This document shows, in pieces, positions 12,296 to 26,040 of a stretch of DNA of 64,000 nt. The number at the start of each line of letters is the position of its first letter. The first letter of the stretch is position 1. A program made the position numbers and the translations under genes. Below the pieces are notes generated by a model, which was not told the DNA's origin, did not search any database, and saw only the letters and a program-made list of their open reading frames with translations. The DNA comes from Escherichia coli. GTDB lineage: Bacteria; Pseudomonadota; Gammaproteobacteria; Enterobacterales; Enterobacteriaceae. The stretch lies in assembly GCF_003334765.1 (NCBI RefSeq), contig NZ_QOWT01000019.1; one strand, given 5' to 3'.

Positions 12296-14143
12296 TCAGA
12301 TTGACAGCTTCTTGACGCGCTTGCCGCCATATAGCAGGTTTACGATGGCACGCGTACCGACAATCGCGGTAAACATCGACGTCGCCACACCGATACCGGT
12401 AGTAATCGCGAACCCTTTAATTGCCCCGGTACCCACTGCGTACAGGATGATGACTTTAATCAGCGTGGTGATGTTCGCATCGAAGATAGAACTGAATGCG
12501 CCACGATAACCTTCATCAATTGCCTGTTGAACAGTACGTCCGTTGCTCAACTCTTCTTTAATACGTTCGTTGATCAGTACGTTCGCATCGACCGCCACCG
12601 CAAGGGTTAAGACGATACCCGCGATACCTGGCATACTCAGCGTTGCGCCTGGCAACAGCGACATAATGCCGACGATTAAGATCAAGTTGGCAATCAGAGC
12701 ACTGGTCGCAATCAGACCAAACTTCTTATAGAAGATGATCATGAACAGAATAGAAACCAGCAGACCGGCAAGGCAAGCCTCCAGCCCCTGTTCAATGTTC
12801 TGCATACCCAGGGTTGGGCCAATGGTACGTTCTTCAACAATCTGAATCGGCGCGATCAACGCACCGGCACGCAGCAGCAGTGACAGCTGACGGGCTTCGT
12901 TCGGGTTGTTGATGCCGGTGATACGGAAGCTGTTACCCAGACGAGACTGGATGTTGGCGATGTTAATCACCTCTTCCTGTTTCACCAGAACCGCACGACC
13001 ATTTGCATCTTTCTTACCGCTGTCTTTGTACTCCACAAACAGGGTTGCCATCGGTTTGCCGATGTTGTCCTTAGTGAAGTTAGACATGATGTTACCACCA
13101 GCGCTATCGAGCGAGATGTTAACCTGCGGTTGGTTGTATTCGTCCTGGCTGGAAGTGGAGTCGGTGATATGGTCACCGGTCAGAATTACGCGTTTGTACA
13201 GCACAACTGGCTGACCTTCGCGGGTCTGTTTCACTTCAGAGTCGCCCGGTACGCGACCGGATGCCGCAGCGGCCTGGTCAACGTTGGTGTTTACCAGACG
13301 GAATTCCAGCGTTGCCGTCGCACCCAGAATCTCTTTCGCACGCGCAGTGTCCTGAATACCTGGCAGTTCAACAACGATACGGTCAGCACCCTGACGCTGA
13401 ACCACCGGCTCCGCCACGCCAAGTTGGTTTACACGGTTACGCAGGATATTAATGTTCTGCTGCACCGCATATTCACGCGCTTCACTCAGACGAGCATCGC
13501 TCATTACCGCACGCAGCTGGTTGCTGCCCTGGCTGCTAATCACCAGGTCCGGATGGCGCTTGCTCAGATACGCAATGGCTTCATCACGAGCTTTAGCATC
13601 GCGGAAAGTGATGCTCAGGCCGTAGTTGTTTTCTTTACGAACAGTGGTATACGGGATGCCCTTTTCGCGCAGGTCACTGCGTAGGCTATCGATATTTTGT
13701 TCCTGGAGTTTGCCAAGCGCGGTGTCCATATCCACTTCCATCAGGAAGTGAACGCCGCCACGCAGGTCAAGGCCGAGCTTCATCGGCTCAGCGTGAATAG
13801 CTGCCAGCCAGCGCGGCGTTGCCGGGGCAAGGTTAAGCGCCACGACGTATTTGTCACCCATAACGCCCATTAATGCTTCACGAGCGCGCAACTGGGTGTC
13901 AGTGGAGTCGAAGCGCGCAAGAATAGCGCCCTCTTCCAGTGCCACAGACTTAGCAGTTATTTTTTCTTCTTGTAACGTTTTCTGGACCTGGATCAGCGTT
14001 TGCTCACTGGCGGCGACTCCGCGCGCACCAGTGATCTGAACAGCCGGATCCTCACCAAACAGGTTGGGAAGCGCATACAGCAGACCGATGACAATCACCA
14101 CGATCAGCATGACGTACTTCCACAAAGGATAACGGTTTAACAC
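12296..14143 (-). CDS. secD: Protein translocase subunit SecD
   Basis: 615-aa ORF with large periplasmic domain and C-terminal TM bundle. Confidence 0.95.
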   Translation of the reverse strand: MLNRYPLWKYVMLIVVIVIGLLYALPNLFGEDPAVQITGARGVAASEQTLIQVQKTLQEEKITAKSVALEEGAILARFDSTDTQLRAREALMGVMGDKYVVALNLAPATPRWLAAIHAEPMKLGLDLRGGVHFLMEVDMDTALGKLQEQNIDSLRSDLREKGIPYTTVRKENNYGLSITFRDAKARDEAIAYLSKRHPDLVISSQGSNQLRAVMSDARLSEAREYAVQQNINILRNRVNQLGVAEPVVQRQGADRIVVELPGIQDTARAKEILGATATLEFRLVNTNVDQAAAASGRVPGDSEVKQTREGQPVVLYKRVILTGDHITDSTSSQDEYNQPQVNISLDSAGGNIMSNFTKDNIGKPMATLFVEYKDSGKKDANGRAVLVKQEEVINIANIQSRLGNSFRITGINNPNEARQLSLLLRAGALIAPIQIVEERTIGPTLGMQNIEQGLEACLAGLLVSILFMIIFYKKFGLIATSALIANLILIVGIMSLLPGATLSMPGIAGIVLTLAVAVDANVLINERIKEELSNGRTVQQAIDEGYRGAFSSIFDANITTLIKVIILYAVGTGAIKGFAITTGIGVATSMFTAIVGTRAIVNLLYGGKRVKKLSI

Positions 14144-14170
14144 GGCAATTCCCTTAGGGAAAAATTTTAA

Positions 14171-14503
14171 TTACAGCGCCTTCATGGTGCCTTTCGGCAG
14201 GACGGCAGCTACGAAGTCACGTTTAATAACTACTTCAGTGGTGTCATTCAGCGCGATAGCAATGTAGCCGTTTTCCGCTACTTTGGTTACGCGACCAACC
14301 AGGCCACCGTTCGTCAGAACTTCATCACCTTTGGCAATGGAGTCCATCAGCTTTTTGTGTTCTTTGGTGCGCTTCTGCTGTGGACGCAGGATCATGAAAT
14401 AGAAAATCAGACCGAATACCACCAGCATCAAAATCAAAGACATCGGGCTACCTTGCGCCGGTGCACCCGTTGCCGCTACCGCATCAGAAATAAAAAAGCT
14501 CAT
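14171..14503 (-). CDS. yajC: Sec translocon accessory subunit YajC
   Basis: Start at ATG 14503 (MSFFISDAVAATGAP...) gives 110 aa. Confidence 0.9.
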   Translation of the reverse strand: MSFFISDAVAATGAPAQGSPMSLILMLVVFGLIFYFMILRPQQKRTKEHKKLMDSIAKGDEVLTNGGLVGRVTKVAENGYIAIALNDTTEVVIKRDFVAAVLPKGTMKAL

Positions 14504-14525
14504 TAAATTTCCCTCATTATTAATA

Positions 14526-15668
<1,143 letters not shown>

Positions 15669-15708
15669 TCAGAAAAACAGTCCAACGTTTTAAACCAGCG
15701 CCGCGGAA

Positions 15709-16779
15709 TTACTCCCCGACGCGCTCATTAATTGCCTGCGGATTGTACGTGATAAACATCGCATCACCGTAACTAAAAAAGCGATATTTCTCTTCTACCG
15801 CTGCTTTATAGGCGTTCATGGTGTGTTGATAACCGGCAAAGGCCGAAACCAGCATAATCAGCGTCGACTCTGGCAAGTGGAAGTTCGTCACCAGCGCATC
15901 GACCACTTTGTACTGGAAGCCCGGATAGATAAAGATTTGGGTATCGTCGAAGAACGGTTCAATGAGATCGTTTTTCGCTGCCTGAGCCGCGCTTTCCAGC
16001 GAACGTACTGAAGTGGTGCCAACCGCAATCACCCGGTTACCGCGCGCTTTCGCCGCCAGTACCGCGTCTACCACATCCTGCGGTACTTCAGCGTATTCCG
16101 AGTGCATGATGTGATCTTCAATGGTGTCGACGCGCACCGGCTGGAAGGTGCCCGCACCAACGTGCAACGTCACAAACGCCATCTCCACGCCTTTGGCGCG
16201 CAATTTTTCCAGCAAAGGCTCGTCAAAATGCAGACCTGCGGTCGGGGCTGCAACCGCGCCCGGTTTTTCGCTATAAACGGTTTGATAAAGTTCGCGGTCA
16301 GCGTCTTCGTCCGGACGGTCGATATACGGCGGCAGCGGCATATGGCCGATGCTGTTGAGAATATCCAGCACCGAGCGTTCATCATTAAATTCGACTTCAA
16401 ACAGTGCGCCGTGGCGCGCGGTCATTGTTGCGTTAATACTTTCGTCATCGCCCAGCAGCAGTTCTGCGCCAGGTTTTGGCGCTTTCGAGGCGCGAATATG
16501 CGCAAGAATGCGTTTGTCGTCGAGCATCCGTTCAACCAGCACTTCAATCTTGCCGCCGCTGGCTTTACGCCCAAACAGGCGCGCCGGGATCACGCGGGTA
16601 TTATTAAAAACCAGAAGATCGCCGGGGTTGAGCTTATCAAGTAAATCGGTGAAAGTACCGTGCGTCAGCGCGCCCGTCGGCCCGTCCAGCGACAGTAAAC
16701 GACAGCTACTGCGTTCAGGCATGGGATAGTGGGCAATCAGGGATTCGGGCAATTCAAAGGAGAAATCGGTAACGCGCAT
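15709..16779 (-). CDS. queA: S-adenosylmethionine:tRNA ribosyltransferase-isomerase
   Basis: 356-aa [22 protein letters not shown]... Confidence 0.95.
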
Positions 16780-16871
16780 GACACTGACTCAGACTAAAAT
16801 AAGAGGCGGGTAGTCTAGTGCCGGGGCGCTCTCCCTGCAACCTTTACCCCCTTTTGGATAGAATATAATCG

Positions 16872-17453
16872 ATGAATTTTTTAGCTCACCTGCATTTAGC
16901 CCATCTCGCGGAAAGCTCGCTTTCCGGCAATTTACTGGCTGATTTCGTACGCGGAAATCCTGAAGAAAGTTTTCCGCCCGACGTCGTGGCTGGCATTCAT
17001 ATGCATCGACGTATCGACGTATTGACTGACAATCTGCCGGAAGTCCGCGAAGCACGGGAGTGGTTTCGTAGTGAAACGCGCCGCGTTGCGCCTATTACGC
17101 TGGATGTCATGTGGGATCACTTTCTTTCCCGCCACTGGTCGCAGCTGTCGCCGGACTTTCCGCTACAGGAATTTGTCTGTTATGCCCGCGAGCAAGTGAT
17201 GACGATTTTGCCGGACTCACCGCCACGTTTTATCAATCTGAACAATTACTTGTGGTCAGAGCAGTGGCTGGTGCGCTATCGCGATATGGATTTCATCCAG
17301 AACGTGTTAAACGGCATGGCAAGCCGCCGCCCACGTCTGGATGCCCTGCGTGACTCCTGGTACGATTTAGACGCTCATTATGACGCCCTCGAAACCCGCT
17401 TCTGGCAGTTTTATCCGCGGATGATGGCGCAGGCGTCACGCAAGGCGTTATAA
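16872..17453 (+). CDS. acpH: Acyl carrier protein phosphodiesterase
   Basis: 193-aa [28 protein letters not shown]...; stop lies 4 nt from the convergent malZ stop. Confidence 0.85.
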   Translation: MNFLAHLHLAHLAESSLSGNLLADFVRGNPEESFPPDVVAGIHMHRRIDVLTDNLPEVREAREWFRSETRRVAPITLDVMWDHFLSRHWSQLSPDFPLQEFVCYAREQVMTILPDSPPRFINLNNYLWSEQWLVRYRDMDFIQNVLNGMASRRPRLDALRDSWYDLDAHYDALETRFWQFYPRMMAQASRKAL

Positions 17454-17457
17454 AACG

Positions 17458-19275
17458 TTAGTTCATCCATACCGTAGCCGAAATGGCAGGCAAAGCCAGA
17501 ATCCCGTCAGTCAGTTGCCCATGCCCTTCTTTGCATTGCCATTGCACGGCATTGAGAAACGGTGACGCGGGTAGCACCACTTCACAGGCCTCGCCACGGT
17601 TGATTGCCACCAGTACACGTTGCTGATTCAGCACGCGGACAAATACCACCACGTTATCTTCCGCATACAGCACCTGACAGCCGCCATGACGTAGCGCCTG
17701 ACTTTTCTTACGCAGCGCAATCATTCGCTGGTACAGCGCGAATAACGCCGTATCCTGCTTTTCCACCTGCCAGGGGAACGGTTTACGGCAAAACGGATCG
17801 TTTTTGCCATCCAGTCCTACTTCATCACCGTAATAAATGCACGGTACACCAGGCCAGGTGAACAGCCAGACCACCGCCAGCGGCAGGCGCGCAATATCCC
17901 GACCGAGCAGCGTTTTAAATCGCGCAGTATCGTGGCTGTCGAGCTGATTAAACATACGTAATTGTTGTTGATGAGAAAGCCCTGCGCGGTAATTATCCAT
18001 CCAGGCCATACAGGTTTGGGCATCAATTTGCTGCGGATCGTAAGAGATATCGGTATTGGCAAGAAATCCCCACAACGGGAATGTGAAGCCACGATAGTTC
18101 ATGGCGGCATCTTCCACATCGGCCTGTAACCATTGCCGTGCATCGCCAAAATGTTCGCCGACAATATACGCTTCCGGCTGGGTTTCTTTCGCCGCTTCGG
18201 TGATCCCGGCAACGTGCTGCATATTATTGCGCGCCCCACCCGCCTCCCCCAGCATATGCACCACATCCAGCCGCCAGCCGTCCATATTCCACGGCGCTTT
18301 CAGCCAGTGGCGGACAATACTGTCTTCCCCGCGATAAATTTCATTCACCAGACTTTCCGACTGATAATCCAGCTTCGGCAAGCTGGCATAGCCAAGCCAG
18401 TCGAGCGCCGTGCCATCATCACTAAACGAGTACCAGTCGCGCCAGGGCGATTCGGGGTTGTGACAAGCACCACCCGTGCCACGATTATGCCTGTCAAACC
18501 AGGCATGGGAATCGCCACTGTGGTTAAACACGCCGTCCAGCACCAGCCGCATTCCCAGCTGCTGCGTATTGTGTCGCAAACGCAGCAACGCCCCATCACC
18601 GCCAAACTGCGGATCGACATGGCGATAATCCTCGGTATCGTATTTATGTACGCTGGGAGCTTTAAACACCGGATTGAGATACAGCGCTGTCACGCCAAGC
18701 TTTTTCAGATACGGCAGTTTTTCGCTTATCCCGTCCAGATCGCCGCCATAGAACGTTGATCCGCCCGCCTGCGCCGTGACCGGTTCATCCCAGTCACGCA
18801 AGATGATCTCTTGTCCGGCTGCATGATGGTAATAGACATGATCCTGTTCAGCTTCACGAGGAAGACTACGCGCAAAACGATCAGGGAAGATCTGATAAAA
18901 AATCTGATCCGCAGCCCATTGTGGGCCGATATCCGGTACATCGACGGCAAACTGCTCCAGTCGTGCCGGCGGCATTCGGCTGAAGCCCTGCGGTGTAAAC
19001 CAACGCTGGCGATCGTGCCACAGCAGTTTGAAACTGTAACGCCGCCGGGGTTGTCCGCTGGAGAGATCAATCGCCGCACGCCATGCGGTGACGCCAGGCT
19101 GCGGCTGACTGCGCTGCTTATGCATCGGTACTGACATTTCTTCGTTATCGTGTTCTGTACGCAGCATAATGCGCTGCGGTGGGTCTTCGCCCGTCAGCCA
19201 CAGTGTAATGAGCAGTTGATCTTTGCTTTGTTTAACAAATGGGGGCACCGGCAGGTGCCATGCATTTAACATCAT
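17458..19275 (-). CDS. malZ: Maltodextrin glucosidase (GH13)
   Basis: 605-aa ORF beginning MM; true start may be the second Met (19272); alpha-amylase family catalytic region. Confidence 0.9.
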
Positions 19276-19430
19276 AATTCCCCTGTGATGAAAATCTGAT
19301 CACCTTGCCATAGCCTAATGCAGGATCACTCATCATCTGAAGGATATTTGGGGGAGGAGGACGGGGGCGGATAACTTTCGGAATAGCCGGATCAGGATTT
19401 CCTCCTGAACCGGCTTACAGAACGCAAGGA

Positions 19431-20804
19431 TTACTGGTTTTCAGCCAGCTGACGATCGTGGCGGCGTTTAAACATCCAGCCAATCAACAGCACAACAATC
19501 CACGCGAAACCGACATACAGCGAGATACGCGTATCCGGGTGATAACCAATCAACCCGATAATAAAGAGCAGGAAAATCAGCCCGCCGATGGTCGTTGCTA
19601 CCCCACCCGGCACTTTAAATTTCAGCGCCTTAACTTCTTCTGGCGGCAAACGGCGACGGAAGGCAATTTGCGACAGCAGGATCATAATCCACACCCACAC
19701 CGTGGCGAAGGTTGCCAGCGAAGCGATCACCAGGAAGACGTTTTCCGGCATGATGTAGTTCAGATACACCGCAAACAGCAGCGCGGTAGTCATCACCAGC
19801 ACCGTAACCCACGGAATACCGCGACGCGACGTTTTGCTGAAAATTTTCGGCGCGCTGCCCTGCTCTGCCATACCGTGGAGCATACGGCCTACGCCAAATA
19901 CATCACTGTTAATTGCCGACAGCGAAGCAGTCAGCACAACAAAGTTAAGAATGCTGGCGGCAAAGGTAATGCCCATATGCTGGAACGTCAGCACGAACGG
20001 GCTACCGGCAGTGCCAACCTGATTCCACGGGTAGATAGACATAATGACGAACAGCGTACCGACGTAGAACACCAGAATACGCATCGGCACGGAGTTAATC
20101 GCACGCGGTATCGATTTCTCAGGATCTTTCGCTTCACCGGCGGTAATCCCGATAATTTCGATCCCACCGTAAGCAAACATCACCATTTGCAACGACATTA
20201 CCATGCCAAGCCAGCCGTTACTGAAGAAGCCGCCGTTGCTCCACAGGTTATGAATACCGGTCGGTTGCCCGCCGTTGCCAATCCCCCAGATGATGATGCC
20301 GAAACCGGCGACAATCATGATGATGATGGTGGCGACTTTAAAGAACGAGAACCAGAATTCCAGCTCACCGAATACCTTCACGCTCATCAGGTTTACGGCG
20401 CAAATGATCAGCACCACGCTCAGTACCCAAATCCAGTGCGGCACCGTCGGGAACCAGACACCCATATAGATACCAAAAGCGGTCACATCGGCGATGGCGA
20501 CAATAAGGATTTCAAAGCAGTAGGTCCAGCCGGTAATGTAACCTGCCAGCGGGCCGAGGTTTTCCTGCGCATAACGCGAGAAAGAGCTGGCGGCCGGGTT
20601 ATGTACCGACATTTCCCCCAGCGCACGCATAATGATATACGCCGCGATACCACCGATAATATAGGCCAACAACACGCTCGGACCGGCCATTTTGATGGCG
20701 TCTGCCGAACCGTAAAACAGCCCGGTGCCAATTGCTGAACCCAGTGCCATAAAGCGTATGTGGCGGGTACTTAGCCCACGCTTTAGCTTGTTCTTACTTT
20801 CCAT
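19431..20804 (-). CDS. proY: APC-family amino-acid permease (putative proline permease)
   Basis: Start at ATG 20804 gives 457 aa (ORF-track start 20807 is an in-frame TTG); 12-TM permease. Confidence 0.9.
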   Translation of the reverse strand: MESKNKLKRGLSTRHIRFMALGSAIGTGLFYGSADAIKMAGPSVLLAYIIGGIAAYIIMRALGEMSVHNPAASSFSRYAQENLGPLAGYITGWTYCFEILIVAIADVTAFGIYMGVWFPTVPHWIWVLSVVLIICAVNLMSVKVFGELEFWFSFFKVATIIIMIVAGFGIIIWGIGNGGQPTGIHNLWSNGGFFSNGWLGMVMSLQMVMFAYGGIEIIGITAGEAKDPEKSIPRAINSVPMRILVFYVGTLFVIMSIYPWNQVGTAGSPFVLTFQHMGITFAASILNFVVLTASLSAINSDVFGVGRMLHGMAEQGSAPKIFSKTSRRGIPWVTVLVMTTALLFAVYLNYIMPENVFLVIASLATFATVWVWIMILLSQIAFRRRLPPEEVKALKFKVPGGVATTIGGLIFLLFIIGLIGYHPDTRISLYVGFAWIVVLLIGWMFKRRHDRQLAENQ

Positions 20805-20827
20805 CAATTCCTAACCCATCAACACAA

Positions 20828-20858
20828 TAAAAAACCACGGGGCATCGCAGCCCCGTGG
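20828..20858 (-). terminator. Rho-independent terminator after brnQ
   Basis: On the reverse strand, stem ccacggggc / gccccgtgg followed by TTTTTTTA. Confidence 0.65.
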
Positions 20859-20879
20859 TTAAAACAAATGTTCAGTGAT

Positions 20880-22199
20880 TTAGTGAGCGCTGGAGGTCAC
20901 CTGACGACCTGCCGCGCGATCCCAGATAATGGCCAGAACCACCATCACCACTGTTGGCATTAACCACGCCAGACCTTGTTCGGCCAGCGGTAAACGCTGC
21001 GCCCAGGACGGTAAGATATCGCTGAATGCAGATGCTTTGATCCCGTCGAGAATACCAAAAAGCAGGCTGATAAACATCGGCGGAGCAATCACGCGGGACG
21101 AATTATGCCACCATGAGCGTGTAAAACTTAATACAACCAGTGCGATACACGGCGGATAAATAGCGGTCAGCACCGGTACGGAGATCTGGATCAGCTGGCT
21201 TAAGCCGAGGTTAGAAACCACCATCGAGAAGCCGCCGAGGATAAACACCAGCGTACGATAAGAGAGCGGTACGTACTGGGCAAAGAATTCTGCACAAGCA
21301 CAGGTCAGGCCAACTGCCGTTACCAGGCAGGCGATGAAGATTAACGCCGCCAGCAGGAAGCTACCGCCGCCGCCAAAGGTGTGCTGAACGTAAGCATGCA
21401 GAATAGCAGCGCCGTTTGCAGACTGATCGACCAGCGACGCGCTGTCTGACCCCAGACGGAACAGCGCCAGGTACAGCAGAGTCAGACCAACACCCGCCAT
21501 CAGGCCAGCCCAGACGGTATAACGGGTCAGCAGACGCGCTTCGGTAACGCCACGAGAACGCGCCGCGTTAACAATAACGATACCAAACACCATTGCGCCC
21601 AGCGTATCCATGGTCAGATAGCCGTTAACGAAGCCGTTAGAAAACGCAGCGTTTTGATAAGCCTCAGTCGCCGTGCTGATAGAACCCGCCGGCCAGACAA
21701 TAGCGGCAACAGACAGGATGACCAGCGCGATAATTTTCAGCGGCGCAAGGAAGTTGCCCACGGTATCCAGCAGCTTGCCCGGATAGAGCGAAACCAGAAT
21801 AACGATAGCGAAATAGACCAGGCTGTAGATAAACAGCGGCAGCGCGGAATCACCCGTCAGCGGCGCAATCCCCACTTCAAAGGAAACGGTAGCTGTACGC
21901 GGCGTAGCGAAAAGCGGCCCCACCGCCAGGTAACAAACCGTTGCCAGCAGTACGCCAGCGACTTTACCGATTGGCGTGCTGAGGCTGTCAACACCGCCGC
22001 CAACTTTTGCCAGCGCCACTACCGTTAATACCGGCAGGCCAACGGCAGTAATGAGGAAGCCGAATGCCGCAGTCCAGACGTGTTCGCCTGCCTGTAAGCC
22101 GACCATTGGAGGGAAAATAATGTTACCTGCGCCGACGAACAACGCAAATGTCATAAAGCCCAGAGCGATGATATCGCGCGATCTTAATTGATGGGTCAT
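20880..22199 (-). CDS. brnQ: Branched-chain amino-acid:cation symporter (LIVCS)
   Basis: 439-aa polytopic membrane ORF. Confidence 0.9.
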   Translation of the reverse strand: MTHQLRSRDIIALGFMTFALFVGAGNIIFPPMVGLQAGEHVWTAAFGFLITAVGLPVLTVVALAKVGGGVDSLSTPIGKVAGVLLATVCYLAVGPLFATPRTATVSFEVGIAPLTGDSALPLFIYSLVYFAIVILVSLYPGKLLDTVGNFLAPLKIIALVILSVAAIVWPAGSISTATEAYQNAAFSNGFVNGYLTMDTLGAMVFGIVIVNAARSRGVTEARLLTRYTVWAGLMAGVGLTLLYLALFRLGSDSASLVDQSANGAAILHAYVQHTFGGGGSFLLAALIFIACLVTAVGLTCACAEFFAQYVPLSYRTLVFILGGFSMVVSNLGLSQLIQISVPVLTAIYPPCIALVVLSFTRSWWHNSSRVIAPPMFISLLFGILDGIKASAFSDILPSWAQRLPLAEQGLAWLMPTVVMVVLAIIWDRAAGRQVTSSAH

Positions 22200-22605
22200 A
22201 AATCATACTGCCTGTGGATGTGGTGTTGTAACGTTAAATTTTTGTGCCAATCCCTGGGGATGATACAGCGGTATATTTAAACAATTTTAGCGGGAAATAC
22301 TCCCAACCAGGCGCGGCGAAGAATAGTTTTTCGATTTACCGCGTTAATGCAGTCAGTATGACAGCACCTGAAGCGCAATTTAAACGCTTATAACGTTTTA
22401 AAGCAAGGAGGGATCTAAAAACCAGAGGTATATAGCGATAAGAAATCACCAACCAGTATAAAACACTATTTCCGTGAAAAAGACATGGCTAATCATGCGA
22501 ACAAAAAATCACCAACCGTTGTAAAATCTAACGCCCGTATTTTGACTGCAAAGAAAATAAGCCAGCATCGACTGGCTTATGGCAATAAAAGATGACAAAG
22601 GCGGA

Positions 22606-23901
22606 TTAATCGCTGTTTTTGGCAATTAAACGTTCCGGGATAACAAAACTGAAACGTGTTCCTTTTCCTACTGTACTCTCAATATTCAGGCGACTTTCGT
22701 GATGATTCACAGCATGTTTCACGATCGCTAACCCTAATCCGCTACCGCCGGTTTGCCGGGAACGCGCTTTATCAACGCGATAAAAACGCTCGGTCAGGCG
22801 CGGAATATGCTCCGGTGCAATGCCCGGTCCGTTATCTTCAACGCTAAATTCGGCACCGTGCGGCACTCGCTGCCAGCGTACGGTGATATGCGTGCCTTCC
22901 GGCGTATGATTCACGGCGTTATAGACCAGGTTCGAAATCGCACTGCGTAGCTGATCTTCGTTGCCAGACACCTTGAGGCCGTTATCTATCTCAAAGGTAA
23001 ATGTCTGTTTTTTCTGACTCAGAGTCTGAGCCTCGCGCTCAACAACGCGCAGCATCATCGGCACATCAACCTTTTCATTGAGCAAATGCGTCGGTGCGGC
23101 TTCTATTTTCGACAGCGTCAGCAATTGCTTCACCAGTCCTTCCATCCGCTGGGTCTGCTCGCGCATGGTGTGCAACGCTTTTTCGCGTACCGCGCCTTCC
23201 AGCGGCTGCTCATTCATCATCTCCAGGTAACCCTGTAACACGGTCAATGGCGTACGTAACTCATGGCTCACGTTGGCAAAAAAGTTACGCCGCGCCCCTT
23301 CCAGTTGATGCATTTGCGTGACATCACGCGCCACCATCAGCAACTGTTTGTGGGTATAAGGCATGACGCGAATTTCCAGATGCCGCCCGGTGTTGAGCAC
23401 CAGATTGAGCGGGCGAGAAAAATCACGCGTTTTCAGATATTGCGTAAACTCCGGGTAACGCAGTAGGTTAAGGATGTTCTGCCCGTTATCTTCCGGCCAG
23501 CGCAAACCAAGAATTTGTTGCGCCAGACCGTTACACCAGAAAATACCGCCCTCTTCCGTGGTCAGCACCACCGCGTCGGGCAGCGACTCCGCGCCGCTAC
23601 GAAAGCGTTTAATCAGATTGCCCAGTTCACGGCGGCGTTTTTTATTTCGCAGCTGCATCTGGTGTAAGCCGTATAGTAGCGGTTCCCAGCTACCACGCCC
23701 CGGTGGCGGGGTCATACTGCGATCCACCCACAGCCACCATGAAAGGCGCAATAAATTCCAGAAATGCCAGATAAGCAGTCCTGTTACCGATGCCAGCAAA
23801 AACCAGGGCAGGTAACCAAAAAATGCACCCAGGATGAAAGCCGGGAGGCAGCAAAGTAGCAGCTCCAGCACCAGCCTTTTCCACGACAGCCGTTCCAGCA
23901 C
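22606..23901 (-). CDS. phoR: Phosphate-regulon sensor histidine kinase
   Basis: 431-aa ORF; H-box HELRTPLT and HATPase motifs; directly downstream of phoB. Confidence 0.95.
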   Translation of the reverse strand: MLERLSWKRLVLELLLCCLPAFILGAFFGYLPWFLLASVTGLLIWHFWNLLRLSWWLWVDRSMTPPPGRGSWEPLLYGLHQMQLRNKKRRRELGNLIKRFRSGAESLPDAVVLTTEEGGIFWCNGLAQQILGLRWPEDNGQNILNLLRYPEFTQYLKTRDFSRPLNLVLNTGRHLEIRVMPYTHKQLLMVARDVTQMHQLEGARRNFFANVSHELRTPLTVLQGYLEMMNEQPLEGAVREKALHTMREQTQRMEGLVKQLLTLSKIEAAPTHLLNEKVDVPMMLRVVEREAQTLSQKKQTFTFEIDNGLKVSGNEDQLRSAISNLVYNAVNHTPEGTHITVRWQRVPHGAEFSVEDNGPGIAPEHIPRLTERFYRVDKARSRQTGGSGLGLAIVKHAVNHHESRLNIESTVGKGTRFSFVIPERLIAKNSD

Positions 23902-23958
23902 GTAAGATACTCCAGTTAAGAAATCATAAGCCCTGCTCTGCGTCCGATGAGCAAGGCG

Positions 23959-24648
23959 TTAAAAGCGGGTTGAAAAACGATATCCTGTACCGCGCACGGT
24001 CTGCACCATGCGGTCATGCCCGCCGGGCTCCAGTGCTTTACGCAGGCGACGAATGTGGACATCGACCGTGCGGTCTTCCACATACACGTTAGTTCCCCAG
24101 ACGTGGTTTAACAGCTGCTCGCGGCTGTACACGCGCTCAGGATGCGTCATAAAAAAGTGCAGCAGTTTAAATTCTGTCGGCCCCATCTCCAGCGGCTCTT
24201 CGCCCGCCATCACTCGGTGAGATGTCGGGTCGAGACTTAATCCCTGCATCTCAATCACCTCTTCCACCGCCATTGGCGAAATACGGCGCATTACCGCTTT
24301 GATTCGCGCCACCAGCTCCTTCGGCGAAAACGGCTTGGTGATATAGTCATCCGCGCCGGTTTCAAGGCCGCGCACGCGATCTTCTTCTTCCCCTCTGGCG
24401 GTCAACATCACCACTGGAATATCCCGGGTCATCGACTCGCGCTTGAGGTGTTTGATGAACTGGATACCGGAGCCGCCAGGTAACATCCAGTCAAGGAGAA
24501 TTAAATCCGGCCAGGGTTCATTCAGTTGATTCACAGCACTGTCATAATCTTCCGCTTCGACCGGCTGAAAGCCATTTTGTTCGAGCACGAAGCAGACCAT
24601 TTCGCGAATTGGAGCTTCATCTTCTACGACCAGAATACGTCTCGCCAT
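23959..24648 (-). CDS. phoB: Phosphate-regulon response regulator
   Basis: 229-aa [20 protein letters not shown]...; receiver plus winged-helix OmpR-type. Confidence 0.95.
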
Positions 24649-24703
24649 GATTTGCCCTGTTGTAATAAATAGGTTGCGATCATTAATGCGACGTCATTAT
24701 GCG

Positions 24704-24730
24704 TCAGATTTATGACAGATTTATGAAAAG
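24704..24730 (-). promoter_or_regulatory. Pho box in the phoB promoter
   Basis: Reverse strand reads CTTTTCATAAATCTGTCATAAATCTGA: tandem 11-bp direct repeats of the PhoB recognition element, upstream of phoB. Confidence 0.75.
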
Positions 24731-24837
24731 CTCGTCGCACATATCTTCAGGTTATTGATTTCCGTGGCGCAGAAAAAAGCAAATGGCACATCTGTTTGGG
24801 TATAATCGCGCCCATGCTTTTTCGCCAGGGAACCGTT

Positions 24838-26040
24838 ATGCGCATCCTTCACACCTCAGACTGGCATCTCGGCCAGAACTTCTACAGTAAAAGCCGCGAA
24901 GCTGAACATCAGGCTTTTCTTGACTGGCTGCTGGAGACAGCACAAACCCATCAGGTGGATGCGATTATTGTTGCCGGTGATGTTTTCGATACCGGCTCGC
25001 CGCCCAGTTACGCCCGCACGTTATACAACCGTTTTGTTGTCAATTTACAGCAAACTGGCTGTCATCTGGTGGTACTGGCAGGAAACCATGACTCGGTCGC
25101 CACGCTGAATGAATCGCGCGATATCATGGCGTTCCTCAATACTACCGTGGTCGCCAGCGCCGGACATGCGCCGCAAATCTTGCCTCGTCGCGACGGGACG
25201 CCAGGCGCAGTGCTGTGCCCCATTCCGTTTTTACGTCCGCGTGACATTATTACCAGCCAGGCGGGGCTTAACGGTATTGAAAAACAGCAGCATTTACTGG
25301 CAGCGATTACCGATTATTACCAACAACACTATGCCGATGCCTGCAAACTGCGCGGCGATCAGCCTCTGCCCATCATCGCCACGGGACATTTAACGACCGT
25401 GGGGGCCAGTAAAAGTGACGCCGTGCGTGACATTTATATTGGCACGCTGGACGCGTTTCCGGCACAAAACTTTCCACCAGCCGACTACATCGCGCTCGGG
25501 CATATTCACCGCGCACAGATTATTGGCGGCATGGAACATGTTCGCTATTGCGGCTCCCCCATTCCACTGAGTTTTGATGAATGCGGTAAGAGTAAATATG
25601 TCCATCTGGTGACATTTTCAAACGGCAAATTAGAGAGCGTGGAAAACCTGAACGTACCGGTAACGCAACCCATGGCAGTGCTGAAAGGCGATCTGGCGTC
25701 GATTACCGCACAGCTGGAACAGTGGCGCGATGTATCGCAGGAGCCACCTGTCTGGCTGGATATCGAAATCACTACTGATGAGTATCTGCATGATATTCAG
25801 CGCAAAATCCAGGCATTAACCGAATCATTGCCTGTCGAAGTATTGCTGGTACGTCGGAGTCGTGAACAGCGCGAGCGTGTGTTAGCCAGCCAACAGCGTG
25901 AAACCCTCAGCGAACTCAGCGTCGAAGAGGTGTTCAATCGCCGTCTGGCACTGGAAGAACTGGATGAATCGCAGCAGCAACGTCTGCAGCATCTTTTCAC
26001 CACGACGTTGCATACCCTCGCCGGAGAACACGAAGCATGA
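24838..26040 (+). CDS. sbcD: Nuclease SbcCD subunit D (Mre11-like)
   Basis: Start at ATG 24838 ([13 protein letters not shown]...) gives 400 aa; calcineurin-like phosphoesterase motifs DWHLG, GNHD. Confidence 0.9.
   Translation: MRILHTSDWHLGQNFYSKSREAEHQAFLDWLLETAQTHQVDAIIVAGDVFDTGSPPSYARTLYNRFVVNLQQTGCHLVVLAGNHDSVATLNESRDIMAFLNTTVVASAGHAPQILPRRDGTPGAVLCPIPFLRPRDIITSQAGLNGIEKQQHLLAAITDYYQQHYADACKLRGDQPLPIIATGHLTTVGASKSDAVRDIYIGTLDAFPAQNFPPADYIALGHIHRAQIIGGMEHVRYCGSPIPLSFDECGKSKYVHLVTFSNGKLESVENLNVPVTQPMAVLKGDLASITAQLEQWRDVSQEPPVWLDIEITTDEYLHDIQRKIQALTESLPVEVLLVRRSREQRERVLASQQRETLSELSVEEVFNRRLALEELDESQQQRLQHLFTTTLHTLAGEHEA

Noticed and set aside
19458-20738. 426-aa forward-strand ORF covering almost all of proY in antisense
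   Set aside because: Translation is low-complexity and R/H/N/D-rich with no recognisable domain, whereas the opposite strand encodes a clean 12-TM permease; a long open antisense frame is a compositional artefact of codon bias.
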